The translations under genes and the position numbers were made by a program. 60,931 bases of DNA from Chloroflexota bacterium. Lineage in GTDB: Bacteria; Chloroflexota; Limnocylindria; Limnocylindrales; CSP1-4. The notes beneath the pieces were generated by a model. The model did not search any database and was not told the DNA's origin. It was given only the letters and a program-made list of their open reading frames with translations. The stretch is from NCBI GenBank assembly GCA_034667005.1, contig JAXDKU010000124.1, forward strand, positions 1 to 60,931. Reading direction: 5' to 3'. Below, piece after piece: positions 47,298-55,710 of this stretch (position 1 is its first letter; each line of letters starts with the position of its first letter).

Positions 47298-48590
47298 ATG
47301 GCATCTGTGACACGCGTCGGCATCATCGGGCTCGGATACGTGGGTCTTCCGCTTGCCACGGCGTTCGCCGAGACCGGCGTGGACGTCCTGGGCGTGGACG
47401 TCTCGGCCGAGAAGGTCGGGGCGATCAGCGCCGGCATCTCGTACGTCGAGGACGTCGATTCCGGCGAGCTGGCGCAGCTCGTGGCGTCCGGATGCCTGCG
47501 GGCGTCCACCGACCCGAGCGGCCTGCGCGCGTGCGACGCGATCCTGATCTGCCTCCCGACGCCGCTCGACGAGCACCGCAACCCCGATCTCAGCTACGTG
47601 ATCGCCGGCGCGGAGATGGCCGCCGCCAACCTCGGGCCGGACGCTCTGGTGGTGCTGGAATCCACGACCTATCCCGGCACCACGCGCGAGGTCCTGAAGC
47701 CGATCCTCGAGCGCGAGGGCCGCCGTGTCGGCGAGGATCTCTTCCTGGCCTTCAGCCCCGAGCGCGTCGACCCGGGCAATCCGCGCTTCGGCATCCGGAA
47801 CACGCCGAAGATCGTCGGCGGGATGACCGACGAGTGCACGCGCCGGGCGAAGGCGCTCTACGACCAGATCTGCGAGGAGGTCCACGTGGTCTCGTCGCCC
47901 GAGAGCGCCGAGATGTCGAAGATCCTGGAGAACACGTTCCGGGCCGTGAACATCGCGCTGGTCAACGAGATGGCCATGCTCTGCGACCGGATGGACATCG
48001 ACCTGTGGGAGGCCATCGGCGCGGCCTCCACCAAGCCCTTCGGCTACATGGCGTTCTGGCCGGGGCCCGGGCTCGGGGGCCACTGCATCCCCATCGACCC
48101 GTACTACCTCACGTGGCGCGCGAAGGCCTACGACCTGACCACCGAGTTCGTGGAGCTGGCCGGCCGGATCAACGGGCAGATGCCGTACTACGCCGTCCAG
48201 CGCGTGATCCGGGCGCTCAACCGCGACGGCCGTGCCGCCAACGGCAGCAAGATCCTGCTCCTCGGCATGGCCTACAAGCCGAATGTCGCGGACATGCGGG
48301 AGAGCCCCTCGATCAAGCTCCTGGCTCTCCTGCGCGCGGAGGGTGCCGACGTGGAGTACCACGACCCGCATGTGGCCACCCTTCCCGACGTCGGCCTCGC
48401 GTCCGTGCCGCTGACGGTCGAGCGGATCGCGGCGGCGGACTGCGTCGTGATCGCGACCGACCACCGCGCCGTGGACCTCGCGCCCGTCCTCGACCACGCG
48501 CGGCGCATCGTGGATCTGCGCAACGCCGTGCGCCGGAGCCTCGACGGCGGACCCGCCGGGCCCGTGCCCTCCAACGTGGACGTGCTGTAG
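47298..48590 (+). CDS. UDP-N-acetylhexosamine 6-dehydrogenase (WecC/WbpA-like)
   Basis: GLGYVGLP, LESTTYPGTT, SPERVDPG, KILENTFR, GGHCIPIDP, DMRESP. Confidence 0.92.
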   Translation: MASVTRVGIIGLGYVGLPLATAFAETGVDVLGVDVSAEKVGAISAGISYVEDVDSGELAQLVASGCLRASTDPSGLRACDAILICLPTPLDEHRNPDLSYVIAGAEMAAANLGPDALVVLESTTYPGTTREVLKPILEREGRRVGEDLFLAFSPERVDPGNPRFGIRNTPKIVGGMTDECTRRAKALYDQICEEVHVVSSPESAEMSKILENTFRAVNIALVNEMAMLCDRMDIDLWEAIGAASTKPFGYMAFWPGPGLGGHCIPIDPYYLTWRAKAYDLTTEFVELAGRINGQMPYYAVQRVIRALNRDGRAANGSKILLLGMAYKPNVADMRESPSIKLLALLRAEGADVEYHDPHVATLPDVGLASVPLTVERIAAADCVVIATDHRAVDLAPVLDHARRIVDLRNAVRRSLDGGPAGPVPSNVDVL

Positions 48591-48614
48591 GCGCTTTGCC
48601 GCCATAGTCGCCGC

Positions 48615-49622
48615 GTGGCAGCAACGGGTCCCGTCTGGATCGACCTCACCAACTCGCCGCACGTCCTGTTCTTCCGGCCGATCCTGCGGCGGATGGCGGA
48701 CGCCGGCGTCGAGACGGTCGTCACCGCCCGCGACTTCGCGCAGACGCTGGGGCTGCTGGAGCTGTACGGGATCCCGCACACGGTGATCGGCCGCCACGGC
48801 GGAGCGGGGCTCGGCGGCAAGGTGGCCGGGATGGCCAGGCGGTCTAGCGCGCTGCTGCGCTTCGGACGAGGGCGGCGCTTCCGCCAGGCGGCCAGCCACG
48901 GCTCCAACGACCTGGCGGTGGCGGCGCGGCTGCTCCGGATCCACAGCACGGTGCTGCACGACTACGAGGGCGCGGCGACGATGCACCGGATCAACTTCCG
49001 GCTGGCCGACAAGGTGATGGTCCCGGACGTGATTCCGTTCTCCGCGCTGAGTGGCTTCGGCCTGGACGAGCGGCGCTTCCGGCCCTACGCGGGCATCAAG
49101 GAGCAGGTCTCGCTGGCGGACTTCGAGCCGGATCTCGGGGTGCTGCGTTCCCTCGGCCTGGACGAGGAGCGACCGGTGGCGGTGCTCAGGCCTCCGGCGA
49201 CGATGAGCCTGTACCACCGCGGCATCGCCAACGAGCTCTTCGACGAGGTGCTGGAGCACCTGCGGACCAGCGAGGCGCAGACCGTCCTGTTGCCCCGGAC
49301 CCCGGATCAGGCGCGCGAGTTTGCCGGTGCAAAGGGTGTGACCGTCCCCGATCGCCCCGTGGACGGCCCCTCGCTGGTCTACCTCGCGGACGTGGTCGTC
49401 TCGGCGGGCGGGACGATGAACCGCGAGGCCGCGCTGCTCGGGACGCCAACCTGGACGACGTTCGCGGGCTCGATCGGCGCCGTCGACCGCTCGCTCATCG
49501 AGAGCGGCCGCATGCAGATCCTGGAGCGACCGGACCAGCTGGTGCTCCGAAAGCACGTGCGCATCACGCCGGACTTCGAGGCTCTGGCCGACGCCGTGAC
49601 CGCGGAGATCCTCAGGAGGTGA
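48615..49622 (+). CDS. DUF354-family GT-B-fold protein
   Basis: WIDLTNSPHVLFF, IGRHGG, GGTMNREAALLGTP. Confidence 0.85.
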   Translation: MAATGPVWIDLTNSPHVLFFRPILRRMADAGVETVVTARDFAQTLGLLELYGIPHTVIGRHGGAGLGGKVAGMARRSSALLRFGRGRRFRQAASHGSNDLAVAARLLRIHSTVLHDYEGAATMHRINFRLADKVMVPDVIPFSALSGFGLDERRFRPYAGIKEQVSLADFEPDLGVLRSLGLDEERPVAVLRPPATMSLYHRGIANELFDEVLEHLRTSEAQTVLLPRTPDQAREFAGAKGVTVPDRPVDGPSLVYLADVVVSAGGTMNREAALLGTPTWTTFAGSIGAVDRSLIESGRMQILERPDQLVLRKHVRITPDFEALADAVTAEILRR

Positions 49623-50928
49623 GGCGCAGCCCCGCATACAGCGCGCGCAGCGTCTCTGCCTGGCGCTCCCAGGAATACGGACCTCTCGCCGCCGCCAGGG
49701 CTGCCTCGCGGTAGGCGGCACGCCGTTCCGGCGGCGCGTCGAGGACCCGCTGGATGACGCGGGCGATGTCCGCTCGATCCGTGGGGTCGCAGAGCTCGCC
49801 GCAGCCCGTCTCGCGGACGATCGGCGCCATGCCGGGCAGGTTGCTCGCCACGACCGGGACGCCCGCGCCCATGGCGTCGAACAGCTTCGTGGGGGTGGTC
49901 AGACGGTGGTTGAGGGTGTCGCCCTGGATGAGCATCGCGGAGACATCTGCGGCCGCGGTGAGCGGCAGGATGTCCTCGGGCGCGACGCCACCGGTGAAGT
50001 GAATGCGGCCGCTGTACGGCTTGGCCGCAGCGAGGGCGTTCAATCGCGCCTCGTCCGGCCCGTAGCCGGCCACGACCAGGACGCTGTTGGGGATCTCGCC
50101 GATCGCGTCGATCAGCTGCTCGATGCCGCGGCCGGGCAGCAGCAGCCCGAGGTAGAGCACCACGCGCGTGCCGGGATCCAGGCCGAGCCGCTCGTGCCAG
50201 ATGTGGTCTACAGGATCCGGCGGCGTGAAGTCGGGCGGCCCGTTCATGACGATCGTCGCGGCGCGCCCGAAGCTGCGCTCCAGGACGTCCGCGTACGGGC
50301 GGCTGACCGAGATCAGGGCGTCGACCGACCGGGCCCACGCGCGCTCCCGCCGCTCCAGCAGGCGCCGCCAGGGTCCCGGCAGACGGGCGAAGCGGGCGCT
50401 CTGCACGTCCAGGTCGCGCGAGTCGTAGACGGCCAGGCCGCCATGGCGGCGACGCAGCTCCACGGCGACCGGCAGCGCGACCAGCCCTTCCGCCTGCCAG
50501 ACGTCCGCGTACCCGACGGCGCGCGCGATGTCCCGCGCCCAGAGCCGGGTCAGGCGGAGGTAGCGAGCAGCCTGTGCGGCGCGGCCGACGGTCCCGGAGA
50601 CGATCCCCCGGATCCTCGCACCGGCCGTCCGCGGACCGGCGGTGGCCGCATCGTCGCCGCTCGGCAGGCGGGGCGACGGCAGCCATGGGAACGGTTTCGG
50701 CTGCTCGACCCGCACGATGCGGAAGCGGTCGCCGTCCACCGTGACGGGGAGGCCGGTTTCCGCGCGGGCCACGACCGTGACGTCGTAGCCGGCCTCTCCC
50801 AGCGTCCGGGCCATCTTCCAGGCCCGCGAATCGGCCACGAACGGGTTGTTCAGCAGCAGCGCGACCGTGCGAACCGGCCGATCCGCTCGGTCCGAGGAGG
50901 AGGCAGCGGCGGGAGCGGCGTCGGTCAC
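49612..50928 (-). CDS. Glycosyltransferase family 4
   Basis: DSRAWK, VYDSRD, GRGIEQL, PTKLFDAMGAGVPVVAS. Confidence 0.88.
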   Translation of the reverse strand: MTDAAPAAASSSDRADRPVRTVALLLNNPFVADSRAWKMARTLGEAGYDVTVVARAETGLPVTVDGDRFRIVRVEQPKPFPWLPSPRLPSGDDAATAGPRTAGARIRGIVSGTVGRAAQAARYLRLTRLWARDIARAVGYADVWQAEGLVALPVAVELRRRHGGLAVYDSRDLDVQSARFARLPGPWRRLLERRERAWARSVDALISVSRPYADVLERSFGRAATIVMNGPPDFTPPDPVDHIWHERLGLDPGTRVVLYLGLLLPGRGIEQLIDAIGEIPNSVLVVAGYGPDEARLNALAAAKPYSGRIHFTGGVAPEDILPLTAAADVSAMLIQGDTLNHRLTTPTKLFDAMGAGVPVVASNLPGMAPIVRETGCGELCDPTDRADIARVIQRVLDAPPERRAAYREAALAAARGPYSWERQAETLRALYAGLRLTS

Positions 50929-52361
50929 GGCGTGACCGGTCGCGCCGTCTTCCCTGGCGTCTCTGCGAGGCGCCGGTAGAGCGCCAGCAGCCCGGTCGCG
51001 TTGAGGTCCCAGGTGTACTTCTCGAGCGCGACCATCCGGCAGTGCGCCCGGAGCCGCTGCCGCTCGAACTCCGGTGCGGTGAGGAGGCCGTAGATCCCCG
51101 CCGCCACCTCCTCGCGCGAGTCCACGTCCACGCACGTGCCGACCCGTTCGGCCGTCACGAGCCGGCACTGCTCGTTGTCTCTGGCGACCACCACCGGAAC
51201 ACCCGCCATGAGGCTCTCGAAGAGCTTGTTCGGCAGGTTCATCCGATGGTTGAGCGTGCGTGGGGGCTGGCCAACGAACGAGACGTCAGCGCCGGCCGTC
51301 CACTCGAGCAGCTCGTCCACCGGGACCGCCGGCAGCAGATAGATGCGATCCTCGTTCTCCAGGGCCGCGTCGCGCAGGTAGCCCTCCAGACGGCCGTAGC
51401 CCATGAAGACGATCGCGGCGTCGAGCCTCCGCAGCCGTGGGTCGGCGGCCGCCGCCACCAGCTCCTCGATCCCGCGGTCGACGCTGAAGCCGCCCTGGTA
51501 GAGGACGATCGGGCGCTCCGGCGGCAGGTCGAGCGCGTCGCGGATGCGCGTGCTGTCGATCGGTGCCGGGTGCTCCGGCCGCCAGGCATGCGGGCAGTTC
51601 AGCAGGATCGCGGGCCGCTCCACGTCCCAGCGACGCTGCACCAGGTCCGCAACCGGATTGCTGACCGCGAGGAAGCCGGCCGCGTCGCGCGCCCAGGTGC
51701 GCTCGCGGCGCGCGAACGTCCGGCGCACGAAGGACGGCATGCGGGCAAGCCGCGCCGCCTCCGTGTGGTAGTCGGCCACGTCGTACACGAACCGGCCCCC
51801 GAGGCGTGCCGCGGCGCCACGCACGACCGGAAGCACGATCAGCGACTGCGCGTGGAACACGTCGGTCTCGGGGGCCGCGGCCAGGACCGCGTCGGTCCAG
51901 GGTCCGACGCGTCGTGCGTTGGCCGCCAGCTCCAGGAGGCGGCGGATGGGATGGCGGAGACGGTCGAATCCCCGCGGCCGGTCCGGAGGGAGCACGGTCG
52001 CCGACGGATCGAGCCCGAGGGCGCGGGAGAGGAGCGCCCGCAGCGGTGACGGCAGCGGGCGCAGCGCCGTCGAGATCCTCCGGTCGATGTCCAGCCGGCG
52101 CAGCTGGACGCCTGGCGCCAGTTCCTCCTCCACGGGGAGTCCCTTCCCGGACCAGCCGAGGATTCGCAGCGTGTGGCCGTCGGCCGCGAGGGACGTGGCC
52201 GTCCGCAGGAAGCGCGAGTCGAACTCGAATGTGTTGGCGGCGACGATCGTGACCCTCAGCCCGCGCCGCCGCGCAGGGCCAGAAGCCGCGTCCTTCGGAC
52301 GAGTTGCTGGAAAGGGCGGAGCCGCGGCTGCGGTGGAGGCCTCCTCGTGGCCGGTCGTCAC
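50925..52361 (-). CDS. Glycosyltransferase family 4
   Basis: FDSRFLR, YQGGFSVDRGIEEL, PNKLFESLMAGVPVV. Confidence 0.88.
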   Translation of the reverse strand: MTTGHEEASTAAAAPPFPATRPKDAASGPARRRGLRVTIVAANTFEFDSRFLRTATSLAADGHTLRILGWSGKGLPVEEELAPGVQLRRLDIDRRISTALRPLPSPLRALLSRALGLDPSATVLPPDRPRGFDRLRHPIRRLLELAANARRVGPWTDAVLAAAPETDVFHAQSLIVLPVVRGAAARLGGRFVYDVADYHTEAARLARMPSFVRRTFARRERTWARDAAGFLAVSNPVADLVQRRWDVERPAILLNCPHAWRPEHPAPIDSTRIRDALDLPPERPIVLYQGGFSVDRGIEELVAAAADPRLRRLDAAIVFMGYGRLEGYLRDAALENEDRIYLLPAVPVDELLEWTAGADVSFVGQPPRTLNHRMNLPNKLFESLMAGVPVVVARDNEQCRLVTAERVGTCVDVDSREEVAAGIYGLLTAPEFERQRLRAHCRMVALEKYTWDLNATGLLALYRRLAETPGKTARPVTP

Positions 52362-52369
52362 GCGGTGGG

Positions 52370-53344
52370 TCAGCGGCGCCGGAGGATGCGGCGCAGCAAC
52401 ACGAGAGCCAGGAAGCCGAACGCCGCTCCCCGCCAGTCCACGATGGCGCGGACGCCGGTGGCATTGAGCGAGATGACGATGAACGCGCTGCTCTCGCGGG
52501 CATCGACCCGCCTGGCAACGATGGCGAAGGCCCCGGACTGCTCGAGCCTGACGCGGTCGGCCTGCACGAGAGCTCCGCCGCCCTGGGTGATGGTCACCTC
52601 GCGGGCGTGGACGGACTGGGCGCCGCCCTGGTGGATATCGACCTGGTCGGCATACACGGCGCCGTGCTCGGCGGCCTCGGCCGCCACTGTCTGGGTCTCG
52701 GCTTCGGGTTCCGGCTCGGGCTCGGGCTCCGGTTCCGGCTCGGGCTCGGGCTCCGGTTCCGGCTCGGGCTCCGGTTCCGGCTCGGGCTCGGGCTCCGGTT
52801 CCGGCTCGGGCTCCGGTTCCGGCTCGGGCTCGGGCTCCGGTTCGGGCTCGGGTTCGGGCTCGGGTTCGGGTTCGGGCTCGGGCTCGGGTTCGGGCTCGGG
52901 CTCGGGCTCGGGCTCGGGTTCGGGCTCGGGCTCCGGCTCGGGCTTGGGCTCAGGTTCGGTGGCCGGCTCGGGTTCAGGTTCGGTGGCCGGCTCGGGTTCG
53001 GGTTCGGCGCCAGGCTCCGACTCGGCCTCTGGCTCGTCGGCAGGCCGTGGCTCGGCGTCGCGCGTCCATGCCTGCGGTTCCGCGGCGGCTCCCTCGTCGG
53101 GCGGCGCATCAGGCTCGCCGGCAGGAGCGGCGTCGGCGGCCGCACCGTCTGTCCCAGGGTCCGTCTCGTCCCCGCCGTCGCTCGGCGGCGTCCAGGGAGC
53201 ATCCGCGGACGATGCCTCGGCCGTCCATCCGGGGCCTTCGTCGTCGTTGCCGTTCTCGGCTTCCACAGCCGCCTCGACCGCGGCCAGCTCCTCGGCGCTG
53301 TCGAGCGTCTGATCCCCGTCCGGCTGTCGGTCCTTCCTCGCCAC
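52370..53344 (-). CDS. Acidic Glu-Pro repeat protein with C-terminal beta-repeat segment and tail membrane anchor
   Basis: GTG after purine-rich SD; about 40 EP dipeptides; C-terminal [18 protein letters not shown]. Confidence 0.7.
   Translation of the reverse strand: MARKDRQPDGDQTLDSAEELAAVEAAVEAENGNDDEGPGWTAEASSADAPWTPPSDGGDETDPGTDGAAADAAPAGEPDAPPDEGAAAEPQAWTRDAEPRPADEPEAESEPGAEPEPEPATEPEPEPATEPEPKPEPEPEPEPEPEPEPEPEPEPEPEPEPEPEPEPEPEPEPEPEPEPEPEPEPEPEPEPEPEPEPEPEPEPEPEPEPEPEPEAETQTVAAEAAEHGAVYADQVDIHQGGAQSVHAREVTITQGGGALVQADRVRLEQSGAFAIVARRVDARESSAFIVISLNATGVRAIVDWRGAAFGFLALVLLRRILRRR
52703..53006. repeat. Degenerate hexamer microsatellite encoding (Glu-Pro)n
   Basis: TCGGGC/TCCGGT/TCGGGT hexamer variants in tandem. 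Confidence 0.95.
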
Positions 53345-53384
53345 GCCCCGTCCCTTCCTCGTCCGTGCCCCGAGCGGCGGCTCG

Positions 53385-54740
53385 TCAGCCGCGGGCCGGT
53401 AGCCTAGCAGGACCCTCCGCGGCGGCGGCATAGACACGCCGCGTCTCCTCCGCGACGTCTGCCCATGTCCGGCGAGGCGCTGCCGCCCGGGCAGCCGCGG
53501 CACGGGTGACCTGCTTCGCGACCGCGCCGTCCTCCCAAAGTGCCCGAATCGCCGTGGCGAGCCGCGCAGGGTCACGCGGTTCGACCACGATCCCGGCGGT
53601 CCCGACGATCTCCGGCAGCGCCCCGACGCGTGAGCAGATGGCGGGCGTGCCAACGGCCAGGGCTTCCAGGACGGCCAGCCCGGTGCCGTCGGACAGCGAG
53701 GGCTGGACGTGCCCGATCGATGCTGCTTCGAGCGCGGCCAGCTCAACCGGGTCCAGGCGCGGTGTCAGGCGCACGATGTCCGCCACGCCGGCGCGCCGCG
53801 CGGCTCGACCGACAGCCGGCGCGTCGGCATGCTCGTCTCCACCGGCACCAGCCAGCACCACGATGGGCGGCCAGGCGACGCCGCGCTCCGCCGACTCGGG
53901 GACGGGCTGGCGCGCGGGCGGACCGGTCCGCTGGCGCGCGGCCGCTCCCCGGGGAGGTGCCTCCTCCCGCAGGGCCGCAAGCGCCGCGAAGAGCGTGGCC
54001 ATGTCCTTGCGCGCGTCGTAGCGGCCGGCGAACACCAGGTAGCGCTCAGGCAGGTCGAACCGGGCGCGCAGGTCGGCCACGGTCGCGGGATCGGCCGCGC
54101 CCGGGTGGAAGGCCGGATCGGCGGCCAGCGGCACGACCACGATCCGCTCCGGGTCCAGGTGGAGCAACGAGACAGCCGCTGCCGCGGTCTGCCTGGAGCA
54201 GCAGATCACGCGTCGCGCATCACGGAGGCTGCGCGCGCGCAGCCGGTGCCCGAACCGGGCCGCCGCGCTCGCCGCGTATCGCTCCGGCAGCTCCCACGGG
54301 GCAAGGTCCAGGAGCGTCGCCACCACGGGGACCCCCGGCGCGATGGGGACCGCCCCTCCCGCCGTGTGGAAGACGCTGCCGGCCGCGCCCGACTCACCGG
54401 GATCCGCCGACCCCCGGATCGATGCGCCACGCAGCAGGAACGAATCCACCGTGAGGCCCGCGGACCGGAACGTGCGGCTCGTTGGTGGCAGCTTGCGGCG
54501 CGCAGCAACCGCCAGGCCGCGCTCCTCGAGCGCTTCGGTCGGATCCTCGTGCAAGAGCCGCAGCAGCAGCAGGAAGCTCTCGCCCGGGAGCGGCTCGTCC
54601 GCGTAGGCACGGAGCAGGCGGTCCAGGTACTGCGCCGTGATCGGCGCCCGCGCCGGCTCCTGGAGCGGACGCGCATCGAGCAGCACGCGCACCCCGCGGG
54701 CCCTCGCCTCGGGAGTGCGCAGGTCCGCCAGTCGCGCCAT
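53385..54740 (-). CDS. Glycosyltransferase family 4
   Basis: [41 protein letters not shown]. Confidence 0.85.
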   Translation of the reverse strand: MARLADLRTPEARARGVRVLLDARPLQEPARAPITAQYLDRLLRAYADEPLPGESFLLLLRLLHEDPTEALEERGLAVAARRKLPPTSRTFRSAGLTVDSFLLRGASIRGSADPGESGAAGSVFHTAGGAVPIAPGVPVVATLLDLAPWELPERYAASAAARFGHRLRARSLRDARRVICCSRQTAAAAVSLLHLDPERIVVVPLAADPAFHPGAADPATVADLRARFDLPERYLVFAGRYDARKDMATLFAALAALREEAPPRGAAARQRTGPPARQPVPESAERGVAWPPIVVLAGAGGDEHADAPAVGRAARRAGVADIVRLTPRLDPVELAALEAASIGHVQPSLSDGTGLAVLEALAVGTPAICSRVGALPEIVGTAGIVVEPRDPARLATAIRALWEDGAVAKQVTRAAAARAAAPRRTWADVAEETRRVYAAAAEGPARLPARG

Positions 54741-55564
54741 CAACCTCCCGAGCCGTCGGCCGCGCCGGCGACGTCCGAGGCCTGTGGCCGCAACGCATCG
54801 GACCGCGTGGGACCTCGGCCCCGCATCTCCTCCCAGCGCAGTCGCAGGACCACGACGAGCGCCTCGGCGATGATCCGGCGCGACATCTTGCTGACGCCCA
54901 CGCGGCGGTCGGTGAAGACGATGGGCAGCTCCGCGACCCGCGCGCCGAGCCGGCTGGCGAGGTATGTCGTCTCGATCTGGAAGACATAGCCGCCGGAGTG
55001 GACGCGGTCCCACGGCACCACCGCCAGGCATTCGCGCCGCCAGGCCTTGAACCCGCCGGTCAGGTCGTGCGGCACGAGGCCCAGCACGATCCGCGCGAAC
55101 AGCGAGCCGCCTCGCGACACGAGCCGCCGCAGGAACCCCCAATCGCGGACCTCGCCGCCCGCGACGTAACGGGAGCCGATGACCAGGTCCGCTCCATCCC
55201 CACCTGCGCTCGGACGGAGCGCATCCACGAGCGAGGGGAGGTAGCCCGGGTCATGCGACCAGTCGGCGTCCATCTGCACGATGCGCTGCGCGCCATCGCC
55301 GAGCGCGACGCGGAAGCCGTCCACGTAGGCGCGACCGAGGCCGAGCTTGCGCGAGCGGTGCTGCACGCGGACGTGATCGTTTTCGGAGGCCATGCCGTCC
55401 GCGAGCGTGCCTGTCCCGTCCGGCGACGCGTCGTCCACGATCAGGACGGTGGCGCCGGGAAGACGCTCGAGGATGGCGGACGTGATCCCTGCGACGTTGT
55501 CCGCCTCGTTGTAGGTCGGCACGACCACCCACGTGTCGGCATACGGAGCGGCCCGATCAGTCAT
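54740..55564 (-). CDS. Polyprenol-monophosphomannose synthase-like GT2
   Basis: VVVPTYNEADN, VDDASPDGTG, GLGRAY, QMDADWSH, GSRYV, DLTGGF, GYVFQIE. Confidence 0.9.
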   Translation of the reverse strand: MTDRAAPYADTWVVVPTYNEADNVAGITSAILERLPGATVLIVDDASPDGTGTLADGMASENDHVRVQHRSRKLGLGRAYVDGFRVALGDGAQRIVQMDADWSHDPGYLPSLVDALRPSAGGDGADLVIGSRYVAGGEVRDWGFLRRLVSRGGSLFARIVLGLVPHDLTGGFKAWRRECLAVVPWDRVHSGGYVFQIETTYLASRLGARVAELPIVFTDRRVGVSKMSRRIIAEALVVVLRLRWEEMRGRGPTRSDALRPQASDVAGAADGSGG

Positions 55565-55620
55565 CTGATCCAGTCTATCCGGCGTCGCGGGCAGCCTTTC
55601 CGACGCCTCCCGGACGGCAA

Positions 55621-55650
55621 GTGGCCCGGCCCCTTGCGGGACCGGGCCAC
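55621..55650 (-). terminator. GC-rich hairpin downstream of the FlgD-Ig gene
   Basis: GTGGCCCGGTCCC-GCAA-GGGGCCGGGCCAC on the minus strand; no U-tract. Confidence 0.5.
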
Positions 55651-55710
55651 CGGTGCGTCTGACATCCCTTCCCCACCGCTTCATGGGGTCGGAATCTGCC
55701 GTGCGTTGGC

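Noticed and set aside
46143-49721. 1192-aa WecB fusion
   Set aside because: The extension is the antisense of the dehydrogenase and DUF354 genes
52173-53407. Plus-strand (GS)n and (GL/GF)n ORFs
   Set aside because: Antisense shadows of the Glu-Pro gene, which is co-oriented with its neighbours and has an SD
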